Source of the DNA: Candidatus Latescibacterota bacterium
Lineage (GTDB): Bacteria > Latescibacterota > UBA2968 > SICM01
Reading direction: 5' to 3'
Length of the DNA: 64,000 bases
NCBI GenBank assembly: GCA_965217865.1
Contig: CBDCJO010000002.1
Span: forward strand, 3,744,001-3,808,000
The first letter of the stretch is position 1. The number at the start of each line of letters is the position of its first letter. A program made the position numbers and the translations under genes. Shown one piece after another: positions 43,490 through 54,428 of this stretch. A model generated the notes under the pieces. The model saw nothing but the letters and a program-made list of their open reading frames with translations. It was not told the origin of the DNA and did not search any database.

Positions 43490-46009
43490 CTACCGAAGCA
43501 CGAAGGATGTTTGTCTGCTTACTCCGATCCCACTGTTCAGGTCCGTAACGGTCACTTGAAAGGTGTGGTCCCCCTTTTTCCCCTTCCTCAAATCCAGCGC
43601 TGTGTGGATTATCTCCTGGGTCGCCTCTCCCCCCAACTCGTAGGAGACGGTGACTTCGTCCTCTTTCTTACGGCGTCCGATCAGCCGTCCGAGGCCCGAC
43701 ATGACGAGATGACCGATACCACCCTCCGGCTTTCGCGTTGTATAATCGACCTGGTAGTGCGTCCGCCCCTGCGCGTCCCGCGTTAGGTTGTAAACCTCAA
43801 AGTAGAGGAAGACATCTTTATTCCGTTTGAAGGTAAGGGAAGGCATGGGGATCACCTCCAGCCCCTGTTTCACGAACTTACCTTCCTCTGTTGTGGGCTC
43901 AATCCTGCGGGCGATCTCGATCCCGCTCACCCTGATGCTGTCTCCACCGTAACCTTCCACGCGGAGGCTGTCTCGGATCACCTGCGTTCGTTTGGACTTC
44001 AGGTCTCTGACCTTCATTGCCATAAAATAGTCGCCAGGTGGCAGGTTGAACGCCGTTACATCCAGGAGCTCCTCATCGAACCCCGGCAGGGTTTGGAGCG
44101 GTGAACGGTCGATGGAGCGGTGAACCTCTCGCCACGTCCTGTCATACACGACCACCCACCGCTCCCCCGGCCATCCCTGCTCCGTCGGGGTGATCTCTTC
44201 GACGGGCACCTCCAGGTAGATCTCCACGCGTGAGCTGTCGCGGTCCCCCCTGAAGTCCACTGCCGCCACGTGGGACGTGAGCGGCTCTGTTAGATCCTCA
44301 GGCAAGTACAACGACCGCGCCTTTGACTTTAAAGCGCGAAAGACCTGCTCAGAAGCCTCTTCGCGCACCCTGGTTCGGAACCTCCCAAATACAGCCTCAT
44401 GAGCCTTTAATACGTCCAATGGAGTATGGACTGTGGGAATCGGGGCAAAGTCATAGTCATATCCGTTGAATTCGTCGGTGAAGACGAACTCGATCCCCCC
44501 CTTGATATAAGGGTAGATCCAGCTCTCCCACATCACAGGGGTGTTTCCCCCCGCCGGTAGGATGGTGTAGCCCGGCCCGAGGGCCGGCAACGGATAGACA
44601 GGACCACGGTACAGGTGCATGTCCTTGCCGAAATGTTTAAAACCCGGGATGAACCTATTAGCATTAGGTCTCGCAAAAGTAGTGTCGAGATTGATAGTAA
44701 GGGAATTACCACTCAGAAACTCAAGGAGGTCAGGGATATTCGTTCTCATTGCGCCGTAAATGCGGGTCGCTTGCCGCTGCCGCACGGCCTGTACCTTCCG
44801 GTCCATCGCCTTTTGGAAGTTGCCCTCCCACGACCGCTGCCGGAAGTACGGCTCCCCATAGCGAATGTAGATCTCCCCACGCCGGTCCCACGGTGTCCGT
44901 CCCTTAGAGAACTGTGTCCTGGCCACCCACACCCGCCGATAGTGCTCAAGACGCCGCCGGTTAACCCCCAATATCAGGTCTATGTCCCGCCGCGCCCAGA
45001 ACTGCCGCAGAAACTCCGGGGCATCCTCCGGCTTGATGGCACCAAAGGCCTCTATCTCCTCCTGCGACCCCACCAGCGAAATGTCATCGTAGAATGCTCG
45101 CTCATGAGGGCTGACCCGATCCAGATAGGCGCGAAACACAGCATCCGCGGGCCCCAACCGCCCCTTCTTCAGGTGGGCTTGCCCGATCAGGGGCAAGAGA
45201 CGGATCTCGTGAGGCCTCTTCTTGAGGTAAGACATTAACACGCCGATCCCGGTGTCCTCCCCACCGGAGAGAAACTTGAACTCCTCCCTTCGGACGAGGA
45301 GGTCCGGATCATCCGGATTTGCTTTCAGGCCGCGCTCACACCATTCGAGGGCCTCCTCTAGACCGCGAGGCTTCTGCTCAGCCCACTCGGAGAGGAGGAG
45401 GTAGCCCGCTGCATACTTCGGATCCGCCTTCACAAGACGCTTCAGCTCGGATCCGGCATTCCCCTCTCCCAGGCTATGCAGCACGAGGGCGAGTCGGTAG
45501 CGGGCATCGGACATCTTCGGGTCGCGGACCAGGGCCTCCCTGAACCGGTCCGGGGCCTCCCGCTTCCGGGATCGGTCTCCGGCAGCCGCGACGATCCCCA
45601 GGCCAAACCATGACGCCGCCGAATCGTCGAGGCGGCGCGCCCGATCAAACGCCTCCTCCGCCGCATCGAGCCGTCTTCCGCTCAGATAGATCGCTCCCAG
45701 GGTCCGTTGTGCGGCAGCGGCACCCTTTGCGTCACCCGATTCCAACAGCATGGCGGCCATCTCCACCAGCGAATCCAGGTTCACCGATTGAACATCAGGT
45801 GACCCTTCACTCGAGGATTCGACTCCCTGACCAAAGGACTGATTGCTCACCTTCAAAGGCGGCGTGGCATTCATCAACGAGTCGAGCTCCGCCTGTAAGG
45901 AGTCCAGAGCCACAGCTAATGAGTCCGGGGACTCAGCGCCTGCATTGGGTCCGAAGAAGGCTGACCCTGTAACGGCGAGGCTCAACGAGATGAAAAGTTG
46001 AGTGATCAT
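43490..46009 (-). CDS. Exported TPR + GWxTD-type domain protein, paralog B
   Basis: Collinear near-copy of paralog A; start taken at the homologous MITQLF. Confidence 0.85.
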   Translation of the reverse strand: MITQLFISLSLAVTGSAFFGPNAGAESPDSLAVALDSLQAELDSLMNATPPLKVSNQSFGQGVESSSEGSPDVQSVNLDSLVEMAAMLLESGDAKGAAAAQRTLGAIYLSGRRLDAAEEAFDRARRLDDSAASWFGLGIVAAAGDRSRKREAPDRFREALVRDPKMSDARYRLALVLHSLGEGNAGSELKRLVKADPKYAAGYLLLSEWAEQKPRGLEEALEWCERGLKANPDDPDLLVRREEFKFLSGGEDTGIGVLMSYLKKRPHEIRLLPLIGQAHLKKGRLGPADAVFRAYLDRVSPHERAFYDDISLVGSQEEIEAFGAIKPEDAPEFLRQFWARRDIDLILGVNRRRLEHYRRVWVARTQFSKGRTPWDRRGEIYIRYGEPYFRQRSWEGNFQKAMDRKVQAVRQRQATRIYGAMRTNIPDLLEFLSGNSLTINLDTTFARPNANRFIPGFKHFGKDMHLYRGPVYPLPALGPGYTILPAGGNTPVMWESWIYPYIKGGIEFVFTDEFNGYDYDFAPIPTVHTPLDVLKAHEAVFGRFRTRVREEASEQVFRALKSKARSLYLPEDLTEPLTSHVAAVDFRGDRDSSRVEIYLEVPVEEITPTEQGWPGERWVVVYDRTWREVHRSIDRSPLQTLPGFDEELLDVTAFNLPPGDYFMAMKVRDLKSKRTQVIRDSLRVEGYGGDSIRVSGIEIARRIEPTTEEGKFVKQGLEVIPMPSLTFKRNKDVFLYFEVYNLTRDAQGRTHYQVDYTTRKPEGGIGHLVMSGLGRLIGRRKKEDEVTVSYELGGEATQEIIHTALDLRKGKKGDHTFQVTVTDLNSGIGVSRQTSFVLR

Positions 46010-46065
46010 CGTGCGGTTCCGGAAATGGTAAGGAGACTGCATATCAGACTCTCTCGCATACAAAT

Positions 46066-46096
46066 CAAAAAGCCGCACCTAACCAGATGCGGCTTG
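46066..46096 (-). terminator. Rho-independent terminator-like hairpin
   Basis: AAGCCGCA...TGCGGCTT stem with a T run on the minus strand. Confidence 0.5.
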
Positions 46097-46370
46097 TCAC
46101 CTTTATTCATATGCTTCATCCCCTGCGGACATCGGTTTTTTCCGAAAATAGGGAATCAGGGGCCCGGCTGGACTTGCAGGAAATGTACTGGGAGATATAT
46201 TGGATGTCAAGGAAAACAGGGAAGATGTAAAAGGAAAAGGACAATACCATACGGAATTCAGCACTGTGGACGGAAACCAGCACTGCAGAGCAAACAAAAC
46301 GCAGACATTATCCAACTATTTTCGGAAAGCGCAAAAATCTGAGCTCGTGCTCGGAAAACACTGATTCAAT

Positions 46371-47411
46371 CTATTCAAAACCATATACCGTAACAGAATT
46401 ATCTCGATAATACAACAGTTCAGGCACCGAACTGCCTATTAGATTACCTAGCAGATATGGACCAACACCATCATTGCCAGGGATTGTGATGGGACGATCG
46501 AAAACAAAGGTGCCTTGTCGCCATTCAAAGCACCAGGGACTATTGTGTCCTTGGTAGTAAAAGCCACCTGCAAGCAGTTCTATGTTCCCATCTCTGTCAA
46601 CATCCCCTGCTCCCATCAAATAGTGATAAGGACCTTCTGCAAACTTCACAAAGCGCCAAGATGGATCTCTTTGAAGAAGCCAGAAATAACCACTATCTCC
46701 AGAAGGAGTATAAACAGCTACCTCATCAACTCCGTCCTGATTGAAGTCTGTCACGACAATTGAGGGGTCCCTACTTCCACAACATGTAGCAATGACATTG
46801 CCAACCTCAGCAACTTTCAGAATAGAATTGTCCTTGAGGCGAAACACTACGAACTGATATCTTCTGGAGGTGCCAGCCGGACTGATCTCGACGGAAGAAA
46901 GGAAGCCAACTAACAACAGATGCCCGGAAGGATCATTTAGGACATTCACACTACGGATTGGGAGATTGTAGCTCCCTGGAGCGAAATGTGTAATCTCCCA
47001 GGTCCTGTTAAAGAGTCCGATCCACACCAGGTCCTTCCCCTGTCCTATCCAAATGCCCGATGAATAAACGTCGAAATCATAGACTTGGCTTAATCTGGAT
47101 GCATATATACTGGGTCGATGGAATGTGTTTCCATCCCAAGTATATACAGCGGGAGTGCCTTCATAACCTTCTGATTGGCGTCTACCCGGGATGTAGATTA
47201 TTTCATCTTGGGGACTATTGTCGATGTTTGCTAATTTTATCATCAAAGGAAATTTATCTCGGTTTGATTTAAAACCACCTTCTTCTGGAAGAATTAGCTC
47301 GAGGTCTCCTTTCCAGATTTGGTTCACCCCCCGTAAGGGCTCTTCAGCATTCCCGGTGGCAGTGAAAAACAACCAGGTGAGAAAGACCCCGAGAGGATAA
47401 AATATTTTCAT
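46371..47411 (-). CDS. Exported FG-GAP/VCBS-repeat protein
   Basis: Signal peptide; TDFNQDGVDEV, GDVDRDGNIELL. Confidence 0.75.
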   Translation of the reverse strand: MKIFYPLGVFLTWLFFTATGNAEEPLRGVNQIWKGDLELILPEEGGFKSNRDKFPLMIKLANIDNSPQDEIIYIPGRRQSEGYEGTPAVYTWDGNTFHRPSIYASRLSQVYDFDVYSSGIWIGQGKDLVWIGLFNRTWEITHFAPGSYNLPIRSVNVLNDPSGHLLLVGFLSSVEISPAGTSRRYQFVVFRLKDNSILKVAEVGNVIATCCGSRDPSIVVTDFNQDGVDEVAVYTPSGDSGYFWLLQRDPSWRFVKFAEGPYHYLMGAGDVDRDGNIELLAGGFYYQGHNSPWCFEWRQGTFVFDRPITIPGNDGVGPYLLGNLIGSSVPELLYYRDNSVTVYGFE

Positions 47412-47589
47412 CTTTTCACTCCGTCACCGAAAAAGATGTGATTAATCATTGTGTCTGGTAATTTATCCTATCTTCGGAAGGCACAATATGGAGCCAAAGG
47501 CACCACCAAAAGAGGTCTGATCATTTTCTCTTATCGACGGGCGTCTTTCCTGACAAAGGGTTGGTTGACAATGGTTGAAGTGAGACAAT

Positions 47590-48120
47590 GATACCTCGTG
47601 GGTTTTCTGAATGCGTTTCCCCATGTTTCGAGCTTCCTATACTCTCGCATGGCTTCCAAGTCAAAGTTGGCCAGGTACACACCCTCGCCTTCTCCTGACT
47701 TAAACCACCAGATTGTTCCTCAGATTTTTGTTCCTGAGATAAACCATCCCATCGAAAGCAACTGATTGCCCTGGCTTTCCTGGTTCCCCCACGTAGTTAG
47801 CCAATGCTACTCCAACCATGTTCTCCATGGCCCTGGACTGAAGGATTCCGGTTCTGATTTCATTCATATCGCAAGAGGTCGGTACAATTATTAACTCCGC
47901 GCCTTTTAGCATCAGGATTCGAGCGCTTTCAGGGAATTCCATGTCGTAGCAAATCATAGTCCCGATCTCTACGTCGCCTTGTCGCGTATCTAAGGTGGCG
48001 ACATAGAAATCATCGCCTGGTGAGCAGGCAGCTTCTAGCGAGAAATCACAAGTATGCACTTTCGCGTAGGTCATGACGCGATTTCCGTGGCGATCAAACA
48101 AGGTCACTGAATTACGTGGA
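47590..48120 (-). pseudogene. Carbon-nitrogen hydrolase C-terminal fragment
   Basis: YAKVHTCDF, GTMICYDMEFPESARILMLKGAE, SRAMENMV. Confidence 0.8.
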
Positions 48121-48198
48121 AGATCCGTGGATGGCAGATCCTATGGCTCAATCCTTTAGAGGCGAGGGACGCGCAGCTTTTCTTCTGGCCGGTACTTA

Positions 48199-48335
48199 AT
48201 CTAACGTTCTCCGGATGGCCGAAGTGGCCGTGCATCAGAAAAGGAATCAGTACTTTTACAATCAGCCAACGAATCAGTCACGGCCATTTTGGCTGGGGTG
48301 TGCTTAGGTTGGGTCTCGGCCATCCCGTGTTAGGC
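48199..48335 (-). other. attC-like site
   Basis: ATCTAAC...GGATGGCCGA / TCGGCCATCC CGT GTTAGGC. Confidence 0.85.
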
Positions 48336-48470
48336 GTTGCGGCAGTTTTTTGATCGGTAAAGGAATAAAGAGGCGGCCATCACCTTCTTTGACTTTTCAA
48401 GGCTTTTTTCGGTCTTTTACATACAGAGAACAATTACGTTAAACAATGGGTGCCTATGGATACGGTATGG

Positions 48471-48932
48471 CTATGGTGCGGACCAGGCAACTTTACCCTC
48501 TTGGTCAAGGATGGTTAAGGTTGGCAACCTGTCGGCTCTAAGTGTTATTCGCCTCTGGTAATTCTTATCTCTAAGCTCCAGAATCGGATCTTCATCACCT
48601 CCTAGCCCAAACCAGGCCCGATTTTGACCGATCGTGTCCCCAAAAACAATGCTCGGTGGGTCAACTTGAATCGAGATTCCACCAACCTTATTACTTTTGT
48701 CGAATAAAATCAGGTGTGGCTTTCCATTCGACGATAGACCAAGCCGTGCACGCCGCACGCCGTTCTTATCTATAAGATGAAACCCTTCTGCCTCGATGAC
48801 CTTAGCTATTTCTGATGATTGCTTCTGGGCAAACACTGGACCGCTTACTAACACCCAGCTCGTCACCGACCCGCCTACTAGCCCAGCGACTACAGCCAGC
48901 ATCGTTAACAACCAGTAATCTTTGTGGCTCAT
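48471..48932 (-). CDS. Hypothetical exported beta-rich protein
   Basis: N-terminal TM; VIEAEGFHLIDKNGVRRARL repeats; AAGGAG RBS. Confidence 0.75.
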   Translation of the reverse strand: MSHKDYWLLTMLAVVAGLVGGSVTSWVLVSGPVFAQKQSSEIAKVIEAEGFHLIDKNGVRRARLGLSSNGKPHLILFDKSNKVGGISIQVDPPSIVFGDTIGQNRAWFGLGGDEDPILELRDKNYQRRITLRADRLPTLTILDQEGKVAWSAP

Positions 48933-48969
48933 GTCTGTCTCTCCTTATACACTCGATAGGGATATACAG

Positions 48970-48988
48970 CAGCCATGCAGTGTTATAG
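48970..48988 (-). other. Half attC site (R'' side only)
   Basis: GTTATAGGATGTGCCAGCCA mirrors the cassette start at 50306; partner arm missing. Confidence 0.55.
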
Positions 48989-49048
48989 GATGTGCCAGCC
49001 AGCGGTGGTGGGAAGCGATCTTATGCGACCATAATAACGATACCATTC

Positions 49049-50254
49049 TTAGAGAGGGTACTCATCTTCATGAAACGAGAATTCGATTGGTTGTGTAAAA
49101 TAGCTTAACTCCTCTTTCATCCTCTCCATTTTCTTCTGGTCTTCCACAGTCCATTCAGGCCTGTGGATGTACATCACGTCAAACGAGAAGCCTCGTCCAA
49201 GTTCATACTCTTCAGTGGCCAACCCGACGACAGTACTCCGATCTCTATTCAGACCGCGTGCTACAATACACCTGTTCCCGAGTTCTGCCACTCTGTACTG
49301 GCGGTCGGTGCCGTGAGGTGTTGCGAGGAATACATAGATGACTCCTGAAGGACTCTCCAACATTCTGGAACGGACCTTCTTTCTCTTAGACATCTCAACG
49401 AAATCGTTGAACGCCCTCCCTAGAAGGCGTCGAGAGAAGCGAGTTTCGAGTGCCATAGTACGGAGAGCCATCTCGGAGTCGTTAAGGGATGATCCAAATT
49501 CAAGATCTCCAGATAGAACGTCTTCACCTACTGTTTCGATTATGCGATCCCAGATATAGCTGTCATAGTCCGCAAGTTTCTTCGCCCTGTATTCATCCTT
49601 GCTTGAGAACTGGCTCCAAACGCCATCTACAACCGCAATTGTATCAACGTCCTCAGGGAACGTCCTGCCTCTATGAAGGTAAAAAGCAAGTAAGTCTTCT
49701 TCTGCACCGTAGAACTCCGTACGAATGCCAGATTCGTATAGAGCCTCCTTCGCCGAAAGGTACGAAACAAAATCAGTGATCGTGTCCAGTTCACTCATAA
49801 TGACTGAAAGCGAGATCTCATCGAACACGTGAACGAATCCTTTTCCAAAATCCCCAAACTGGACGGGCGCTTTTCCTTTGCTACCAAATGCAACGGCAAT
49901 TCGATGTACTCGACGCTTCTCCAGCTTAGGGTAGAGCAAACCTGGTGTGCCGTCTCTCCGAGTTACCTCTCTGGACATATCGATCCATCTTTGAGCTCCG
50001 TAGATCTGCTTTACCGATGCCTCAATTGCTCGTCTTCTCCAGCGGAGGAGGTCGGTTGATGGTCGGCCAGTATCAGGTACATCAACCGCCTTTACACTGA
50101 AGATTATGATGTCAGGATCACACACAACAAGAATGTCGCATAGCTCCTTGCTTGCATCCTTGCCTCTTGGATTCGCATAGCTCCACAACGATAAGAAGGA
50201 CCGGCGACACAGTTCTTCGACATAAGCTTCTGTCTGATTTACAGGTTTGCTCAT
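49049..50254 (-). CDS. NERD/PD-(D/E)XK-like nuclease-domain protein, cassette gene
   Basis: KELCDILVVCDPDIIIFSVK...SVKQIYGAQRWI. Confidence 0.7.
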   Translation of the reverse strand: MSKPVNQTEAYVEELCRRSFLSLWSYANPRGKDASKELCDILVVCDPDIIIFSVKAVDVPDTGRPSTDLLRWRRRAIEASVKQIYGAQRWIDMSREVTRRDGTPGLLYPKLEKRRVHRIAVAFGSKGKAPVQFGDFGKGFVHVFDEISLSVIMSELDTITDFVSYLSAKEALYESGIRTEFYGAEEDLLAFYLHRGRTFPEDVDTIAVVDGVWSQFSSKDEYRAKKLADYDSYIWDRIIETVGEDVLSGDLEFGSSLNDSEMALRTMALETRFSRRLLGRAFNDFVEMSKRKKVRSRMLESPSGVIYVFLATPHGTDRQYRVAELGNRCIVARGLNRDRSTVVGLATEEYELGRGFSFDVMYIHRPEWTVEDQKKMERMKEELSYFTQPIEFSFHEDEYPL

Positions 50255-50299
50255 CTTTCGATTGTTCTATCCGAGACTGTGGCGGATGGCTGGCATTTC

Positions 50300-50377
50300 C
50301 TATAACGTTTAAGAGTGGCCGAACCTGCGCAGCAGGTTTCTCCGGAGCGAAGCGGAGGCGGCCACTCGGTATTGGGT
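50300..50377 (-). other. attC-like site (R'' variant)
   Basis: CTATAAC...GAGTGGCC / GGCCACTC GGT ATTGGGT. Confidence 0.75.
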
Positions 50378-50436
50378 GCTGTGCCAGCTTGGCGTAATAA
50401 CTCCTATTACAATATTATTTAAATGGGATAGGTGCT

Positions 50437-50799
50437 TTAGGGGATGGGTAATTCGGTTGTCATATAATTCCGCGAGTCAACCAAGGCATCGCCCCGCAAA
50501 TGCACAATCCCCTGGTATTCTTCGCTCTCAACAATATCGATGAGGGCGTCGCGGGAGGGGTACATGACAATGAGCACTTCGTCCCACTCGTCCGAGCCTA
50601 TCAGCGTACCCAGACCGCGCGAGCGGAAGACGATCCGGCCTCCACGCTTCTCGACCAGCGGTCTGGCGACTTCGATATAGTGCTCGTACATGGCCTCACC
50701 GTCCTCGGTAAACCGAAGCAGGTTGAGCATCCAAATCGGACCCGTATGGTCATGCTCGCGGAATGCCTGGAACTGATCTTTAGTAGGACGAATGGCCAT
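50437..50799 (-). CDS. DUF1330 family protein, cassette gene
   Basis: GPIWMLNLLRF...GGRIVF...EWDEVLIVMYPSR...YQ...R. Confidence 0.85.
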   Translation of the reverse strand: MAIRPTKDQFQAFREHDHTGPIWMLNLLRFTEDGEAMYEHYIEVARPLVEKRGGRIVFRSRGLGTLIGSDEWDEVLIVMYPSRDALIDIVESEEYQGIVHLRGDALVDSRNYMTTELPIP

Positions 50800-50919
50800 T
50801 TACAATTCCTCCTGTTTAAAAGTACCCACCCATAGAAGAAAACAATAGGATCAGCGCTATACCGCAATCATAGCCTCTGCACAATCAAGCTGTGTTTTCC
50901 CGATCTGCCAAGGCATGGC

Positions 50920-50989
50920 GCCCAACGTTTCCAGCACTCCCGAACCCCGAAGGGGTTTTGCGGAGGCCCGACGGAGCAGCTGGTTCTGC
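50920..50989 (-). other. attC-like site
   Basis: GCCCAAC...CAGCACTCC / GGAGCAGCTG GTTCTGC, a few bp after the upstream stop. Confidence 0.75.
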
Positions 50990-50993
50990 GACT

Positions 50994-51392
50994 TCACTTC
51001 CTCTTTGTGATGAATCCTGTTGTGCCCTCCGGCATGTCCTTGCGCAATTCGGCAATCTCTTCCTCGGCAAGCTGCTGGGGATCGTCCACAGGAAGTTGGG
51101 CCACACGCCTAATCCTCAAGTCGCGCTGTGTCTGCCAGTGCGTTTGCTCAGTGTTGCGAAGGTAAGAAACGTCGTCCGGGCAGAGGGTGTCCGACACCAC
51201 GTACAGGAACCCGATCAGTTGCCCGTTGTGCTTGACGGCCTGGCAAACGCCACCCGTAGACATGAGCGACGGCCTATGGGAAAAGCCTTTGGCCATCTCC
51301 TTGAACTGAGTGACCCAACTTCCTTTCCGAAGCACCGTCAGCTTCTCTGGTGATCCATGATACCAAGGTGCACTGTAATCGCAGTTCTCCAC
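50994..51392 (-). CDS. Hypothetical protein, possibly ADP-ribosyltransferase-like fold
   Basis: WYHGSP..LTVLRKGS...GFLYVV. Confidence 0.6.
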   Translation of the reverse strand: MENCDYSAPWYHGSPEKLTVLRKGSWVTQFKEMAKGFSHRPSLMSTGGVCQAVKHNGQLIGFLYVVSDTLCPDDVSYLRNTEQTHWQTQRDLRIRRVAQLPVDDPQQLAEEEIAELRKDMPEGTTGFITKRK

Positions 51393-51418
51393 ACCGCGCC
51401 TTTTACCTTTCCGTAGAG

Positions 51419-52051
51419 CTAGGGAAAAAGTGGAGTTATACCAAGATGAAGAGCCAAACTCTCCCTTGTCTTAATCAGACGCACGCTTTCGAAACCCGCA
51501 TCGGAAAGTGCTCTTCCTTGTTCTTCAGCAGTAAGGTAAAGATCCTTCTTCTGATCGGGCATCAGTTCGGGTGTGTGATCACAAAGCAAGACTATCCCGC
51601 CCGGTCTTACAATTGATCTAAGTAAGGCCACCACAGAGGGGATTCGAGTCTTATGTCTGACTTCATGAATGGCCTGCATGGACACCACGGCATCATGCAG
51701 TCCGATGCCATCTGTCCAATCTGGTTTCGAGATGTCTCGGATTAGGAATTGAAGCTGATTTTCATGTTCTAGAAGTCGCTCTCTCGATATGAAGTGCATC
51801 GCTTCCGAGATGTCTATGAGTGTGTAGGATTCTGGCCTGCAAGTTCGGATTATTTCATCGGCGAGAAAACCTGGTCCGGACCCAACTTCGACAATCCGAG
51901 CTCCCTCTCCGACCTCGACGAGGATTCTGGAAGCGAACTCAAGCCAGAACTCAGAGCGCCAAGGCCGTTTCCGGTTTGCATCTTCAGCCCAACGGCGTGC
52001 CTGCTCAAGATCTTGAAAGTCGATTGAACTTGGAATTGAGTATGTAGTCAC
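51419..52051 (-). CDS. Class I SAM-dependent methyltransferase, cassette gene
   Basis: VEVGSGPGFLA, DISEAMH, SMQAIHEVRHK, RPGG. Confidence 0.85.
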   Translation of the reverse strand: MTTYSIPSSIDFQDLEQARRWAEDANRKRPWRSEFWLEFASRILVEVGEGARIVEVGSGPGFLADEIIRTCRPESYTLIDISEAMHFISRERLLEHENQLQFLIRDISKPDWTDGIGLHDAVVSMQAIHEVRHKTRIPSVVALLRSIVRPGGIVLLCDHTPELMPDQKKDLYLTAEEQGRALSDAGFESVRLIKTRESLALHLGITPLFP

Positions 52052-52097
52052 ACGCTATATCCAACTCGATCGAAGGTTTTTCCCCTGGGGGCATATT

Positions 52098-52163
52098 GCA
52101 TAACGGTCTTGAGCCCGCGAAACCGCCCGGTTTCCCAGGCGAGCCGTGGGCACGGTGTCGCTT
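52098..52163 (-). other. attC-like site (degenerate R'')
   Basis: GCATAAC...GAGCCCGCG / CGTGGGCAC GGT GTC. Confidence 0.55.
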
Positions 52164-52307
52164 ACGGCCGTTAAACACGAAGCATTCTTCCGCTTGTGTA
52201 GCGCGCAGTCTAAGTATTGACAAATTCTGATTTACCAATTTGATCAAAATCGATATCCGACAATTCCCGGACATCTTCATACAGAATTACCATTCGGGAT
52301 ATCCCCC

Positions 52308-54061
52308 TTAAAGGCTTGGCGCAACAAAAAGCTCCTATCGGCAATATCTCAGAAGCTCGCGAGCCGCAGGCTTGTAATATTTGTTGACGATCTTGATAGA
52401 ACCCGCCCCGATTTAGTCCCTGACTTGCTTCTCAACTTGCGAGAAGCCCTAGATTTGCCCAACCTCTACTATGTTATTGCTCTTTCTCCAGAGGTCGTAG
52501 AAGAAGGTCTTAAGAGGGTTCATCCTGGTTGGGATGAACCCATCAAATTCCTCGAAAAAATCATCGAGTACCCAGCCTATTTACCTTCCCCAAGCCAGGA
52601 TGATATTCAAAGGTTTGTCAGACATCACGCAGAGTCCGTTTCCGATCACCTCGATTTACAAGCGATTGACGATATCATTGGGTTTCTTCCCCGTAACCCC
52701 AGGAAAGACAAGCTCTTTCTTAGATTCCTCGCCAGCTTAAGCGGACAATTTAAGCGCTTTAGCAATGATGAAATTTCTTTTAGAAAACTGTACTTGTGCC
52801 AATTGCTCCGTTTAGAATTTCCTAATGAGACTCGAGGAATAAGTGGTAATACTGAAGCTCTTGAAAACCTTCAAAACTTTTGTTTAAGACGTACATTCTC
52901 CAGTGATCGTAAGGAGAAAGAGGAAGGTCTTCCAATAAATCCTGAGTTCTTGCCAGAAGAAACTGAAAGCCAGCATCGATTCATAGAAATCTGCACGGCT
53001 ATCGGTGAATTCTCGTTCTGGCATTCAGAATATACACTGCCTGAAATGTTCAATATAGTTGAACGTCCACCTTTGTTGACTTGGAGAGAGTTTCTAAACT
53101 TCTTTGATCAGGTTAAACAGGCCGAATCAGACAAAAGGGCTGGGATAATAGAGGATCGACTAAAGAATGTCGAATCTAGGAAGTATATGTTGACAAATGC
53201 CTTATTCTCAAAGACTATTAAATTACGAGATAATATCCATAACAAAGCTCTTGATTCAGATACAGAAAATGAAATTATCGAAGCGTTAGAGGGTGTTAAG
53301 GAAGTAGATGAATTCCTTCGAATCCTAGTTGAGGATCTAGCAGTTCTGAAAAAGGGGATGATTTCAGCGGATACCTGGACCGAGTTATACAACCACCTAT
53401 ATGACGCATCAAGATTTTCAGAACCTAAGGAAACATACCAATGGCTTCGGAACTGCGAATTCAGTGTGCTCAGGAACTCAATAGAGGGAATATCTTCAGA
53501 GCTCAAGGAGGAGATTCTCAACACGAGGTTCAAGGTAGATAAGCCCACACCAGCCTTGCGTTGCTCCGAAGAATTCCAGCAAATGACAAGAGAGATAATC
53601 GCGGATTTCAGCCAAGTTATCTCTGAGGCTATAATTGAAAGATTCAGCCAACCGGACGGGCTTGAGTCTTTTGGGGTCAAAAAGGTTCGGCAATTAGGAA
53701 AGATTTCGCATTCTCTCCAGATTCTCATTTCCATAGGTCTGAGAATAGAAACCGTCTCTATGAAGTTGCCGGACAAGCACATACGAATGATGTGATTCAG
53801 AAAAACTTCCTTACTTATCTTCGAATGCTGATCCTTGGTGCGACTGAAGGAGGAACATCCTTTCCAATTGGTGCCTGCCAGCGATTGATCAGAGACAAGG
53901 AATTTGTCCGTGCTATTTGGACCTCTGCACTCTCACAACCTCTGAATCTTCGTATAATGGGTTCTCTGCGCCAAAATAGACACGGATACTCAACCGAGGA
54001 CCTACCTGTTCCGGATTGGTGGCATGAATTGGAGAGGGACGTTTTTTCTCAAACTGATTAA
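52308..54061 (+). pseudogene. KAP-family P-loop NTPase, 3' part (inverted; frameshift near 53670)
   Basis: LVIFVDDLDR Walker B, FLEKII, NPRK; no Walker A upstream. Confidence 0.85.
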
Positions 54062-54134
54062 CCCAATGTGAGCCCTTATTCAGAGCTGCCTTACCCGTGG
54101 CAAAGCCGCACCCAACACCCGGGGCAGGCACTTC

Positions 54135-54220
54135 ATATAACACGGCGTGTGCGAGCTTCGGGGCATACGCTCCTTCTCCAAACCTGCGTATGCAGGTTCG
54201 CACACGCCTGACCGTTACAC
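54135..54220 (+). other. attC-like site in inverted orientation, closing the KAP cassette
   Basis: ATATAAC AC GGCGTGTGCGA / TCGCACACGCC TGACC GTTACAC. Confidence 0.85.
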
Positions 54221-54293
54221 GCAACACCGGTTAATTTCTGAAAGCCTATGGGTAATATATTAGCAGAATCTTTACCTCTCTTTCCTGCATGCC

Positions 54294-54376
54294 GCATAAC
54301 GTTTTCGTGCTCCTGCACCGAGTAAGCGGTTGGGCGCAGGCCCGAATGCGCCGTAGCCAAGGGCACGGTGTTATGG
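54294..54376 (-). other. attC-like site
   Basis: GCATAAC...GTGCTCCT / AAGGGCAC GGT GTTATGG. Confidence 0.75.
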
Positions 54377-54428
54377 GATGTGCCCGATCTGGTTTGGTAA
54401 TCGTGCCACCTCACCCACCAGACAGGCT

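Noticed and set aside
40873-46009. Diversity-generating retroelement acting on the tandem paralogs
   Set aside because: No reverse transcriptase in the window; differences are not adenine-specific and include indels.
46103-46315. Small precursor peptide upstream of the GWxTD-type genes
   Set aside because: No clear RBS/start or recognisable leader pattern; cannot be supported.
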